64,000 nt of DNA, from assembly GCA_964016885.1 (NCBI GenBank), contig OZ024741.1:367474001-367538000 (forward strand). The letters run 5' to 3'. This document shows positions 39,080 through 52,636 of this stretch, piece by piece. A program made the position numbers and the translations under genes. The notes under the pieces were generated by a model, which had not been told where the DNA came from, ran no database searches, and was given only the letters and a program-made list of their open reading frames with translations. This DNA is from Eledone cirrhosa. Its lineage: Eukaryota. The stretch's first letter is position 1, and every line of letters begins with the position of its first letter.

Positions 39080-42000
39080 CTACAGGTTTATATAGAGAGA
39101 AGGCCCAACCACTCGGGACGTCTTTACCACATTCACCCACCTTTTATAAAATTTGCTGGGGTACAGCACCTCTCCCTCCATCCTGATTCTTCTTCCAAAA
39201 TGATATTTGAAAAAACGAATCAGTTGCTCGCCGGAGAGAAAGGTGTCTGACCTCAGCCCTTTTAACCTCGTCCACCATATAACCTCTTTCACTATAGCCA
39301 CAATACATAGGAAAACCGCCTCTCCCTCTTTTTTGAAGGAGGGTGGCGGTTTGATCATGACAATGGACTCGGTTGTCAACTGGATTGGTCCCACCCGCGA
39401 CAACAGTCGTTCTACATAGCCCCACAGGTCGGTAACGCCCGGGGAGTGTACAAATGCGTGTGCGACGGTTTCCTCGTCGCGCACGCATCTCGGACAGATC
39501 TTTTTCGAAGGGTCCCTACCTGGGCGCCCGTGTCTGTAGAGCTTGTCTCGAACTGGTAGAGCTCCTCGGTAGCACTGCCAGGCCAGGCACTTTTGGAAGT
39601 TGTCCATTGGTCCCGGGCGGAAGGTCCTACCAAACAGACTGGCCAGTTCGTCCTCCTCTATGCTTAGAGTTTCTTCGAGCGTGTCGTCACACTTGCTGCG
39701 GACCAACCCTCTATAGAATGTCGAAGTGGAGTCTCCACTGATCGCCGGGTCCGTTTTCCAGAGGACTGTGTGTGCCTGAGCACATTCGATGTGCCAGTCG
39801 CCCATTTTCCTCGGTCTTTGCTTGACCCAGGACTGCAGCTCGGTCAGCGAGACGAGTCGTGGGAAAGCTCGCCTCATGAACGGAGCCCACACCGGTTGTC
39901 TGGTGAGGAATACGTGGAGGTGACGCAGCCTGAGCGCGTGTTTGCACATCGTCAGCCACGGCATCCCCAGCCCTCCGTTTGAAAGGTGTTGGCAGCAGAT
40001 GGATCTTCTCACCAAAGAAGCCCGTTTCTTCCAAAGGAATTGGAAGAGCGCGCGCTCCATTTTGGTGAGCGTTTTGGCTGGACGAGGCACGACAGTCAAG
40101 CGGTAGTAGATGGCGGACGCTATAAAAGTGTTCGCCACCTCCGCTCGACCTTTCAAGGATAGTTTGCACTGGGCCCACTTCTGGGTGAGCGCAAACACCT
40201 TGGCCGTCACCTCGTTCCAGTTCTTCTCCACCTGGAGGTCCGGACCAAACCAGACTCCGAGCAGCTTTACCGGTCCTTCCGTCCAGCGTCCGACGACGTC
40301 ATCGGAAGGCATCAGTTTGCCTCACCACGTTCCAAGTTGTAAACCGACGGATTTGTCCCGGTTCAGCTTCGCTCCTGTGAACCTTTCGTATTCTTCCAGT
40401 AAGATGCCGATCTCCCCGATTTGCGAGGTGCTCGACACCATTACTGTCACGTCGTCGGCGTAGGCCGACGCCGCTTTTCGCAGTCCCGGTTCCAAAGGGA
40501 TGCCCTGCAATAGCTCCAACTTCCGCAGTAGTGGCTCGAGAGTCAGTACGTACAGAAGGGAGGAGAGAGGGCATTCCTGTCGGATGGATCGCGTGATATG
40601 GAACGGCTCCGAGAGGTAGCCGTTCACCTTGACCCTTGAGCAGATGTTGCTGCTGTGCATTGCAGCAATCCAGCCCCTGGACACGGGTCCGAAACCTGCC
40701 GCCTCGAGCACCGCATCCAGGTAACGATGGTCAACCCTATTGAAAGCCTTAGACTGATCCAAGTTGATCAGGGCCCCACCGAAGCCGGGTTTACACCCTA
40801 CCCTCTCTATGATGTATCGCATGAGGTGGAGGCTGTCGTGTATGGACCTGGTCGGGATTGCGCATGTCTGCGCTTTCCCCACCAGGCTTTCGCCAGCATC
40901 TTTGCCAACACCTTGGCCAAAATCTGTAACTCTGTGTTGAGCAGAATTATGGACCGGATGTTGCCTATGTCATCCCCCTTGTTCTCGTCCTTCCTGACTA
41001 ACGTGATTACGCCCTTGGTCACAGAACTGGGAATTCTCCCGTTCTTCTGCCAGTTGCAGTAGACCGCTTCCAGGAGACCGGAGAACAAGTCCGGCATTGC
41101 TACGTAAAATTCGTAGGGTAGACCGTCGAGAACTGGAGATTTGCGTTTGCCGCTTTGGCTCAGCGCGTCCCCTATCTTAGCGGCTGAAATCGGCCTTTCG
41201 CAGAACTTCGCCTCGCTGTCCGAGAGTCGCGGTAGGCCGTCGAGGTATGAACCGAAATCCATAGCCCCTCCCGGTGCGCCGCCCTGTCCAAACAGTTGAG
41301 CAAAGTGTCGCTGAAAGGCCGCGCACATTTGCTTCGGCTCACGTATCACGCGTCCGTCTTGGTCCTTCAAAGACCGAATCGTGGACTTTTTTGCCACTTT
41401 TCGCCTCCGTCACTCGGGCCTAGCTAACAGCTTTGGCTCCCTCGTTTCCCAGAGCACGTATTTTGCTTCTGACAACGCAGCCTTGATGCTTTGCGTCGAA
41501 GAACTGGTCCAAGGCCGTTCTCGTCGCTAGCACGCTGGCTACGTTGCCACTCCTAAGTGCCTCTTCTACTTTATCTACCAGTTCCTTTTCGGTCTTATTT
41601 CTATCTAACACTAATTCTTTACTAAAACCTAGCGAGCCTAATCTAACTGCCCTCTTGAGAGAGTACCACCATCTGTTGTTGACAATGGCCCCCGTCATGT
41701 GCTGCTTAACTAAAGTGCTAATCCGTCTACTGTAGGCTTTGCATGTCGGTAACGACAAGTTCAGCTTCCAGTAGCCGGGACCATGTCTATGGGTTTTGTC
41801 AAGGTTAACTAAGCAGGTCACTAATTTGTGATCTGAACAGGCAACCATGAACATTTGTGGACAGCTTAACATGTCCCTATCCTTCTTTCTAACTAGAACG
41901 CTATCTAGGTACGATCTAGATGTTCCGCTAAGATTAGTCCACGTCCACAGTGGCACAGTCGGAAAATCTAGTCGATATCTATCGGCCAGGTCAAATCGGC

Positions 42001-42507
42001 CGATTAACTATTTGAGGATGTTACACCCCCCTCTATCGGGACATGGTCCCACATAATCCCAACGTGCATCTAGGATTCCATTCCAGTCTCCCACTAACAG
42101 CAGGGAGCGGGACGTTCCCAGAAAAGTTTCTAGACGTTTGAAGAAGTCTGGCCGCGGTGTCCCGGATGGGGCATATGCGGCCACCTGCCTGAAGACTCCA
42201 CCTTCACTACCGTCAACGTCTAGGACCACCAGTCGACCCTCCGGGTCCAGATGTACCGTCTGTGTTACGAGGTCCAGGTGTTTCCGCAGCAAAACGGCAA
42301 CCCCACCCCACCTCCCGGCTGACAGAGAGATGCGTAGATCTCAAAGTCGTCGAAAATGGGAGCCAGTTGTCGCTCGCTGTGGATCCTGGACTCGCAAATG
42401 GCTACTACATCCATACTGTGCGACCTGAAGTCGTTTAAAAGTTTGCCCTGTTTCCAGGGCATCCCCAGGTCGCGTACATTCACACATCCAACTCTTATAT
42501 TGGCCAT
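39080..42507 (-). pseudogene. Tx1-like ORF2 (APE endonuclease, reverse transcriptase, C-terminal zinc-binding motif), frameshifted
   Basis: Motifs include CVNVR, LLVGDWN, SRSYLD, SDHKLV, GPGYWKLN, KSPVLDGLPYEFY, LDQSKAFNRVDH, IRQECPLS, AYADDV, KLLGVWF and CPRC..ETVAH. It is split over several ORF pieces. Confidence 0.92.
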
Positions 42508-42509
42508 GT

Positions 42510-43788
42510 TGGTGCTGAAAAGTTAAAAGAAGAGGAAAAGAAATCACTCACCTCTTCGTCTCCTAGGGACCAGGCTGCACAATTTCCATGGGGGTGTTGG
42601 AGGGGTTGTTTGGTGGGGTGGTGGTCTCTGGAGGGGTGGGGACAGATGTTTGGAGGGGAGGGGGTGTCTGGTGGGATGGGGGTGTAGGATTTGATGCAGG
42701 GGTTACCTACGTCGTTAGGAATTTTTTCTTTTAACTATTTATGTGTGTCCATGGAGGTCCTAATCATTTTAAGATTAGGATTCTCCGAAGAGTGTGTAAA
42801 AGTTTTCCCTTCGGTCTCCACCGAAGGGTTTTTAGATATGGTGTCTGTTAAAGTTTTATTGTTAGTATTTATGTAGGTGTAACATTTTTTGTTGTGTTGG
42901 GTTGCTTTTTGTCTGTGGTTCTTGTGTGTGTTTACGTTTTGTAGTAGTGTTTTGTTTTCAGGAGGGGGTGTTTTTGTTTGTGCTGTTTGCGTCGCTTGTG
43001 TTGGTGTTTGTGTGTTTGTTGCAATTTTGTTTGTTATGTTTTTTCTTTTTTATTTTTACTGGTCGGAAAGACTCTCCCTCATCGTCACTGGGTGACGATG
43101 ATGAGGCCTCATCCGTGTTGTTGGGGAGGGGTACATTTTGGGGGGCTGTTATGTGTGTGGGTGTTTCTGGAGTTGTTTTAGGTGGGGAGGGTTTGGGTGG
43201 GACTGTGTCGTTTGTTTTGTTGTCACTATTTTTTTATGTTGTTGTTGTGGTGGTGGTGGTGGTGATTGTTGTGCTTGTGTTGCAGGTGTTGGCAGTAGTG
43301 CCTTTTTTTGGCTAGTTAGCCGAGGACAGGAAGCTCTCAGGTGACCCCTTCTTAAGCAGTGGTAACATGAGGGCCGCCTACCCTCGACCGAAATGTTTAT
43401 GTATCTAAGTCCATCCAGTAACACACGTTCCGGGATCCTAGCTATTCGTTCTGGTGTCATTTGGACCAGAATTTCCAGGCTAGTTCCACTGAACAGGTCG
43501 CCGGAGGACTTACCTACCGATATTATATAGTCTGTTTCGTGGTTTAAAAATCCACATAGTACCCACCAAATGTCAATATTTGGTGTGATACTTTGGATTT
43601 TTATTTTCTGTGTTCTTTTCCCCATGTAAGTGGGGAAAAAGGTGAACAGTGGTGACACAATTGGCGACACAGAATATTTCTGTGCCGTCAATTGGTCTTT
43701 CATTAGAATGGATAAACTCCCGTGGAGTCTAACCTTCTGAATAAAAGCAATGTCTTTTAAGGCATTTTTTAAAGCCAACTCAACTTTC
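42510..43788 (-). pseudogene. Tx1-like ORF1 (gag-like, zinc knuckle), disrupted
   Basis: EGRRPSCYHCLRRGHLRASCP (CX2CX4HX4C), followed by a low-complexity P/T/K-rich region upstream of ORF2. Confidence 0.8.
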
Positions 43789-43988
43789 NNNNNNNNNNNN
43801 NNNNNNNNNNNNNNNNNNNNNNNNNNNNNNNNNNNNNNNNNNNNNNNNNNNNNNNNNNNNNNNNNNNNNNNNNNNNNNNNNNNNNNNNNNNNNNNNNNNN
43901 NNNNNNNNNNNNNNNNNNNNNNNNNNNNNNNNNNNNNNNNNNNNNNNNNNNNNNNNNNNNNNNNNNNNNNNNNNNNNNNNNNNNNNNN
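43789..43988. other. Assembly gap (200 N)
   Basis: A run of N; the true gap size is unknown. Confidence 0.99.
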
Positions 43989-44270
43989 CGAGTACGGGCC
44001 ACTACTGTATAGTCCATGTAGGAGAACTCCTACCGATGCGCTGAACGAGTGTGATTTTTTAGTCCAGCCAGCGACTTGAAAACTCTGGTACAAACACTAC
44101 ACTTGTGACAATTATTGACACATAGTGCTGGTCCCATGGTACCATGTGACGACAAGTGCAGAGAGATCTCCAGATATAAAGCAATGCCTGTGCCGTGAAG
44201 CTTTTATAGTGAGCAAAGGCACTGCACAAAGCCAGTCCCACTCTCTTAATCAAGATGATATTTACCAAAA
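43989..44270 (+). repeat. Second copy of the 24372-24650 Penelope-like remnant
   Basis: Highly similar sequence starting at the same cgagtacg. Confidence 0.9.
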
Positions 44271-45352
44271 AAAAAATTTACATACATACATACATACATA
44301 TCGCTTTCAGTCACAAACACTTTAATACCCATCCGATAAGAAATGAGTTTAAAGTAAAACAGTGTTTCTTGCAAGAAGAAGAAGAAGAAGATGGAGGGGT
44401 GAAAAGGAAGGGGAGGGTGGGGCGGGGGAGGGGGAGAGTGGGGATGAAGAGGAGGAGGATGGAGAGGCGGAGGTGAGGGGAAGAAGAAGAAGAAGAAGAA
44501 GAAGAAGAAGAAAGAGGTGAAAGAGGAGAGTGGAGGGAGGTTCAATCTTATAAACGAATTAAAAGGAAAGCGAAAAATAATGCATTTTGGATAACGGAGA
44601 GAAAAGAAGAAAAAATAACAGAAAAAGTAACAAAATAATAATAAAATGAAAAAAAAAATTGTATAATAGCATCCGAAACAATATCTGTATTTTAATGTTT
44701 ACTTTATTTTATTGTATGTTTTTATCCGTTGTTTATTGCTAAACAAAACATTTATTATCGCCTTTCTAAATAATATTTTGTTATATATATATATTTTGTT
44801 TTTTTAGTATTTTGTCCCCCCCCCCCCCCCTAGCTTCAGCTCCATCACCATGCACCCCTAATTTTGGAAGAAAGCTTCAGTTGAATACCCTTGTCAATGT
44901 GAAAACCTTCAGTTACTTCCCCTCATCATCAAACAAACTCTCTAATCCTGCTTCCGTTCACTATTTATCTATTAATTTTGTTTTCTTTTATTTTCTATTT
45001 TTCTATCTCCAGTCTTTCCACTTTATTTTTTTTTCCATGCATTATCTTATCTTTATTTATGTATTTATTTATTTATTTATCTATTTATTTATTTGTTTAT
45101 TTATTTATTTGTTTGTCTATTTGTTTATTTATTTATTTATCTATTTATTTATTTGTTTATTTATTTCATCTTTTATTTTTTTATTTTTACGCATACACAT
45201 ACATACACTTATTTACAAACACACATTTATTATCACACACGCACATACATACACAAACATATATGTATATATATATATACAGGTTGTCCCCCACCCCTAA
45301 AATGTATGCACATTTTTATTGGAATGCTGTTGAAGTGTGTATTTGGACAGCC

Positions 45353-45417
<65 letters not shown>

Positions 45418-45428
45418 GCTGTCCAAAT

Positions 45429-45521
<93 letters not shown>

Positions 45522-45566
45522 CACATACATATATACATATATATATACACATACATATATACATAT

Positions 45567-45611
<45 letters not shown>

Positions 45612-46949
45612 TATATATATACAAACACACATACATGCGTACACACGCACAGACAGATACATACATACATACATACATACATACATACATACATACATAC
45701 ATACATACATACATGAACCAACGGAGAACCCTCTACATTTTCGCTCGACATGGTAGAAATAGCTGCTAAATCTCACTCAAATCACACCTTACCATCTTTT
45801 AACAAAAAAGCAAATACACATTTGACAACGTGAGTAAACAAACGATTGGATAGTCATGGCTGGAAATCCCTTGATCATAGGTTTGTCCAATCAGAACTGC
45901 TCTGGTGGTGATACATGGGGCTAAACAACAACAACAATGACAACAACAACAATAAAAACTACAACAACAACAACGTACACATTTATTTACATATGAATAT
46001 ATATCACAAAAACAACAACACGAACACAAGATAAAAGATAAGGTTATAAAGTTTTATGATCGAAAAAATAATGGCTTCTGACTTTTGGGGGAGGAGAAAA
46101 TCATTTAAATCGATCCCAGTGCGTTACTGGTACTTTATTTTAATGACTCCATAAAGATGAAAAGCAAAGCTAACCTCTGCGGGATTTGAACTCAGAACGT
46201 AAAGGAACGTAACTATATACTGCAAAACATTGTCCGACGTTCTACCACTACTGCCAATCCACCGCCCTTATAATCGAAGAAATAATGAAAAAAATTATTT
46301 GACATTTCCGACGTAAGCCCTTCCTCGAAATTATAGAGGGGACAGAGAGTGAGCGAAAGAAAAAATTAAAAAAACCATATATATATATATATACATTAAT
46401 ACACCCGGAAACGTGTATTAACACACACAGATACCATAAAGATACCTATTTACACACATACACACACTCGGTATTCTACACATCATCAATCCCCTTGTTT
46501 ACGCATATACATACATCACACAGGCATGTATTTACACACACACACACATACACAGTAAAAACATACTCGTCAAACATACACTTATTTACACACATGCGCG
46601 CGTGCAAACACACACATACACACATACACACATACACACATACACACATACACACATACACACATACACACATACACACGCATTTATGCGCATGCGAATG
46701 CCCGCATATACAGTGGACCTCCGTCGGTTACGGCGGCGAGTGTTCCAGGTGTTTCTATCAACGGAACAGCCTGCGCTTGAAATTAACGTGTAAATGCTTG
46801 TTGAACATTCCATAGACACGTGCACTCTTGAACGTAGTTCTCGGGAAGACTCAGCGTGACATGGTGTGTGATAAGTCTAACTCTTTTGAATGATAAGTCC
46901 AGCTCATTTTTGCCAGCTGAGTGGATTGGAGCAACGTGAAGTAAAGTCA

Positions 46950-47234
46950 CTTGAGAAGCTCTCTACGTTCCAGAACCACATCATGAGACTTATGATTGCA
47001 AGCGGCTCAGTGACCGTATCTGTATCAGTGAGCTGTTCAACATTACCAAACTTAGACCAATTACATCAATTGTCAAGTCAAGAGTACTCAAACTATACGG
47101 CCATATAAAAAGAACAAAACGTGGTGTCAGTAGGTTAAGCCTGGAAGGAATGTTGGCTGGTAAGAGAGGCAGAGGCCGGCAGCCAAAACGATGGCTTGAT
47201 AATGTCAACTTATGGACTGGACTTGATCTTTGCT
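46950..47234 (+). mobile_element. RTE-like LINE C-terminal fragment
   Basis: LKLYGHIKR...LEGMLAGKRGRGRQPKRWLDNV is a typical RTE ORF ending. Confidence 0.7.
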
Positions 47235-47242
47235 CTTTAAAC

Positions 47243-47500
47243 CAGTCATAGGCAACCTGCGGCCCGCAAGCTTCTGAATGGCTCGCCTAAGTCACCTTAG
47301 TGAAATCTTTCTGAATTTTTTACCCCAACTTTTCAGTCGTATTTTTTCTTTCTATAATTTTTACGATCGAGGAAAATAACGTGTACGAATTCTGAAGAAA
47401 CAAAGCAAAACAACCTGAGTAACCACCCTTTTTTTAAATGTGGGCACGAATGTAAATTAGCGCTTGCGGCCCGCTTCTCAAAAAAGGTTGCCCATGCCTG
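47243..47500. mobile_element. hAT-type MITE
   Basis: TIRs cagtcataggcaacc / ggttgcccatgcctg, internal gcggcccgc motifs and an 8-bp TSD, ctttaaac. Confidence 0.85.
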
Positions 47501-48206
47501 CTTTAAACTCTGCTGTTGATGATCGAACTTTGTGGAAAGTGATATTACATGTTGATGCACAGTCTGCAACTGGCGGAGTTTAGCGTCACAAGATATAAGA
47601 AGAAGTAAAGTGTCTTGCTCAAGGACACACGTATCATCACGATACAAACATCCTAACCATTAAGCCATGTACACACACACAGTGTGTTGATTCTATACTT
47701 CTTCCCTTTCCTTCTCTGCTTCTTTCCTTTTCTCCTTCCTTCCTACTTCATTCATTTATTTCTTCATCCTCCGATTCCTTCATTCTCTCATTTCTTCCTA
47801 CCTTCATTCATTTATTCATTCATTCATTCATTTATTTATTTATTCATCCTCCGATTTCTTCATCCTCTCTTTCCTATGTTCTTCCATCCTCTCATTCCTT
47901 CATCCTCTCATTCCCTCATTCCTTCATCCTCTCTTTCCTACGTTCATTCCTTTCTTCATCCTCTCACTCCTTCATTCCTTCGTCCTCTCTATCCTACCTC
48001 CATTCCTTCCATTCCTATATTCCCCTGTTCCTCCATTCAGTTTTAAAACCATCCATCCTAACAGAACTGAGATTTCACGGAGATTAAAATGTTCCCTTTA
48101 GTTAAAAAATAATGACGGCAAAAAATAGGTTTTGCGAACCATTTGATTGTTATCAAGAACTGTATTTCTGTGTGGAACTGTATGTAATCTGTGAGTGAAT
48201 CATTGG

Positions 48207-48260
<54 letters not shown>

Positions 48261-48541
48261 GCTCACGCACACGCTCTCACACACACACACACGCTCACAC
48301 ACACACGCTCACACACACACGCTCACACACACACACATATATATATACACACGCACACGCACACATATGTATGTATATATATACACACACACACACACGC
48401 ACACACTCACTCACACACACACTCACACATACACACACACACATATATATATATACATATACACACACGCACACACACACATATGTATGTATGTTTATAT
48501 ATATATATATACACACACGCACACACACACTCACACACACA

Positions 48542-48639
<98 letters not shown>

Positions 48640-49129
48640 CAGACACAAACAAAACACACACACATTAAAGCTAACCGATGCCAAAATCCCCCAACATTCC
48701 CATTGTCTTAGTGACAAGACATTAAAACAGAGTAAGTGCCGGCCAAACACCACAACCATATTAAATATAACCTATTTTTGAAATGTTATTTATTTAACAC
48801 GAAATAGCAGTAACCAATACTAACAATCTTCTTATAAGTAGGGCAACAGAAAAAAATATGTAAATTTTCAACAGAAAATTTCTTTCTAAACAGTTACAAT
48901 TTACCATTTGCCCTATGGCAAATCCGGCACTTGAAAAAAAACGGATGTTTCTTCCCCTTTTCTTGGTACACGAATGACATGCATATTTTATTTAATGGTT
49001 AAACCGGCCCTCGGGGAACAGCTTTTCTTTAAATACATGACTATGTTTCAGTTAAACCTGTTTTTATTCAAGATTATTCATATTTCCTTATTTGTACTTT
49101 GTTTAGTTTTAAATAATTTCTTTACAAAA

Positions 49130-51925
49130 ATTGTACAAGGGCCGTAATTGTGAGAGATGGGGAAAAATCGATGATATTGACCCCAGTCCTTAACTGGGAT
49201 TTTATTTTATTGACTCCAGAGAGACAAAGAAAAAAAGGGCACAGTTGAGCTCCGCGTGATTCGAAATCGGAATGTAGAGAGTTGTAAATAAATGCCACAA
49301 ATCATTTTGTCCGATGTCCTAACAATTCTGCCAATCCATGATTTGTTTCATGATTAACTCCTGCTTATTTTCATAGTCTATTTCACATATGATGTGGACA
49401 CAGTATGACCGAATGGTTAAGAAGTTCGCTTCACAATCATTAGGTCTGTGGTTCAATCCCCCCCCCCCTCTCTCAAACACCTATCTCCTTTCGACCCTGG
49501 ATTCTCCTCTTCCTACTCCCATCTGTGTTATATCTACAGCCATTTGTCAGTTTGTGAATAAAACAAAAAATAATTGTTTCTACTTTTGACACAAGGCTAG
49601 CAATTACCCAGTGTATTACTGGTACTTTATTTTATCGACCCCGTAAGGATGAAAGGCAAAGTTAAACTCGGCGGGATTTGAACTCAGAATGGCAAGGGCC
49701 ATAAGAACAAAAAATAATAAAACCAAACTGCATGGCATTTTGGGGCAAGTATCATATACCATATCCTCCAATTAGCTCAAGACTTGTCAGTGAAATTGAG
49801 AAGACGGAAATTGTTTAGAAGCCCGTCGAATGATCTGTACCTGTAATTCGAAGAGTCTACTTTATCACATGCTATGTCACGCTGAATCTCTCTGAAAATG
49901 ACACTATGGATACACGTGTCTATGAAATGCTCAGTGACGTACAGGTTAATTTCATAAGCAGAGGGTGAATTCTAATTCACGTATTGCATCTATGTGCTGT
50001 TGTTGTTTTGTAGGGGGGGGGGGGGGGGGGGGCATTTGATTAACTGTTAGTTAATTGTTTCTGATTTAGCTACAAGGCCAACATTGTTTTTTTGTTTTAG
50101 CACAAGGCCAGCAATTTGAAGAGGACGGGAAAGTCGATTAAATCGACCCCAGTACGTTACTGATACTTTATTTTATCGACCCCGTAAGGATGAAAGGCAA
50201 GGCTAACCTCGGTGGGATTTGAACTCCGACAATAAAGGACCGTAACTCTATGCTGCAAAGCATGGTGTCCGACTCTACCGATACTGCCAATCTACCGAAT
50301 GTTATGGGCCGTAACTATATGCTGGAAAGCATGTTGTCTGGCACTCTAACGAAAGTGCCACTCCACCGCCTTTTGACTGACTATTAATCAATTGTTTCTA
50401 CTTTAGACACAGGGCCAACAATTTTTGGGGCGGGGAAAATCGATTAAATCGACCTCAGTACGTTACTGGTACTTTATTTTATCGACCCCGTAACTGGCTA
50501 TTAATTAATACAGTACAATTTCTTGTCAGTTGACTATAATCTTATCAACAATAGTTGATAAGATTATTAGCCTATACAACAACAACCTCAAAACTAAAGG
50601 ATTAATGATGTAAGATTTATTAATAGCAAATTACGAACCGAAAGCCAAGACATACGGCACATGTGAAATATGGGAAAGTAAACAGGACTTAACCAGTAAA
50701 CAATTATAAATCAAACGTTGACGATTTTATCAGCTACAACATTGTTTCCACGATAAGTTTACGTGACAACAACGCCACTAAAATTTTAAAGGACTTAAAA
50801 ACGCTATAGATCCAAAATAATGATTTCTGATTTAAGTACAAGACTAACAATTTTTTTTTGGGGGGGAGGGGGGGACTATGGATCCAAAATAATTGTTTCT
50901 ACTTTAGGCACAAGGCCAACAATTTGAAGGAGGTGGCAAATAAAACTTTGACTTCTGATTTAGGCACAAGGCCAACAATTTTGGGGAGAAGGAAAAAATT
51001 GATTGAATCGACCCAGTGTGTTACTGATATCTTATTTTATCGACCCCGCACAAAGCCAGTAATTTGGGGGGAGGGGAAAGTCGATTAAATCGCTGGTGCT
51101 TTATTTTATCGATCCCGTAAGGAGGAAAAGCAAAGTTAACCTCGGCGGGATTTGAACTCAGACAGTAAAGGATCGTAACTCTGTGCTGCAAAGCTTTGTG
51201 TCCGACTCTCTACCGATACTGCCAATCCACCGCCTTCATCGACTCGTAATAATAATTGTTTCTACTTTTAGGCACAAGGCCAGCAATTACCCAGTGCATT
51301 ACTGGTACTTTATTTTAATAATAATAATGGTTTCTTATATAGGCACAAGGCCAGCAATTTTGGGACAGGGGTAAGTCGATTAAATCGACCTCAGTACGTT
51401 ACTTGTGCCTTATTTTTATCAACTCCGTAAGGATGGACGGCTAAGCTAACCTCGGCGGGATTGGAACTCAGAATGTAAAAGGCCGTAACTCTATAGTGTC
51501 CGATGCTCCTTCGATACTGCCAATCCAGCAAGAGATGTCAACATGAATGGACCTGTTATTTTTATCTAAAGACTATTTTCCAATTCCAACCTTCATTCTT
51601 TCTTCTGATGAAGGACTAGCGTCCGAAACATTAAGACCCTCTTCCTGCTATATCAAGCGTTAACCAAATATATACCTTCCATATACTGTACCGATTGTGT
51701 TGTTATTTCTGTTTACCTTTTACATACATCATAATATATAATTGTTTCTACTTTAGGCACAAGGCCTGCAATTATCCCAGTGCATTACTGGTACTTTATT
51801 TTATCGACCCCGTAAGGATGAAAGGCAAAGTCAACCTCGGCGGGATTTGAACTCAGATCGTAAAGGGACGTAACTATGCTGGAAAGCATGGCGTCCGACC
51901 CTCTACCGATACTGCCAATCCACAT
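49130..51925 (-). mobile_element. Dense co-oriented cluster of family A SINEs and 3' stubs
   Basis: Many repeats of aattgtttctactttaggcacaaggccagcaatt and tactggtactttattttatcgacccc. Confidence 0.85.
51601..51636 (+). ncRNA. Minimal hammerhead ribozyme motif (Penelope type)
   Basis: tctt CTGATGA a ggac tagc gtcc GAAA ca TT aaga. The stem III dinucleotide CG is probably mutated to CA. Confidence 0.65.
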
Positions 51926-52329
51926 AATTAACCGATGTTGTTTTGTAAGTCGATTTCATTACGGTTGCTCCCCACTCACTCTATGAGGCAAAAAATGGAA
52001 TTTTTAATCGGCACGGACACGTTACATATAGAGGGGGACAACGATACGTGAACAAAGGGATACATTAATATATATATATATATATGTGTAAGTGTATCTC
52101 TGTGTGTGTGTGTGAATTTTGTATATCTATGAATAGGGAAAGACTGACGGCTAGCGATGTCTAGCGGATTCCAGCAGAAGCTGCGGGAGATACCTGCCAA
52201 TGTACATTTAAGGCTGCTGCCGTAATCAGGAGAGTTTTTACAGCTCCATATGCAAATGGGGTTAATCAGCCCATCTACATAGGCGAAAATCTTTTCTCAT
52301 ACATGCATACACACATACAAACACACCCA

Positions 52330-52407
<78 letters not shown>

Positions 52408-52579
52408 GGTTGCATGCGTGCTGCGTGTGTGTGTGTGTATGAGTATGTGTTGGTGTCTCCATATGTATGAATGAGTGTGTCTCCATAAGTGTATTTGTAT
52501 ATTTGCATGCGTGCATGTATGAGTACTTGTGTAAACATGATTTCCTTGTTATCTGAATGCGTGAGTGTTAGTGCAAATG

Positions 52580-52636
<57 letters not shown>

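Larger units (their letters stand above)
38850..43788 (-). mobile_element. Tx1/L1-clade LINE, near full length and decayed; 5' end lost in the gap
   Basis: Contains ORF1 with a CCHC knuckle, ORF2 with APE-RT-zinc domains, and a 3' UTR ending gtggctAATAAAgaaa plus (TATG)n. Confidence 0.92.

Noticed and set aside
43149-44093. ORFs spanning the N run
   Set aside because: They join unrelated sequences across an assembly gap.
46294-46336. Additional minus-strand hammerhead (tcGAGGA agggc ttac gtcg GAAA tgTC)
   Set aside because: The core and stems are too degraded to call; it is probably a relic.
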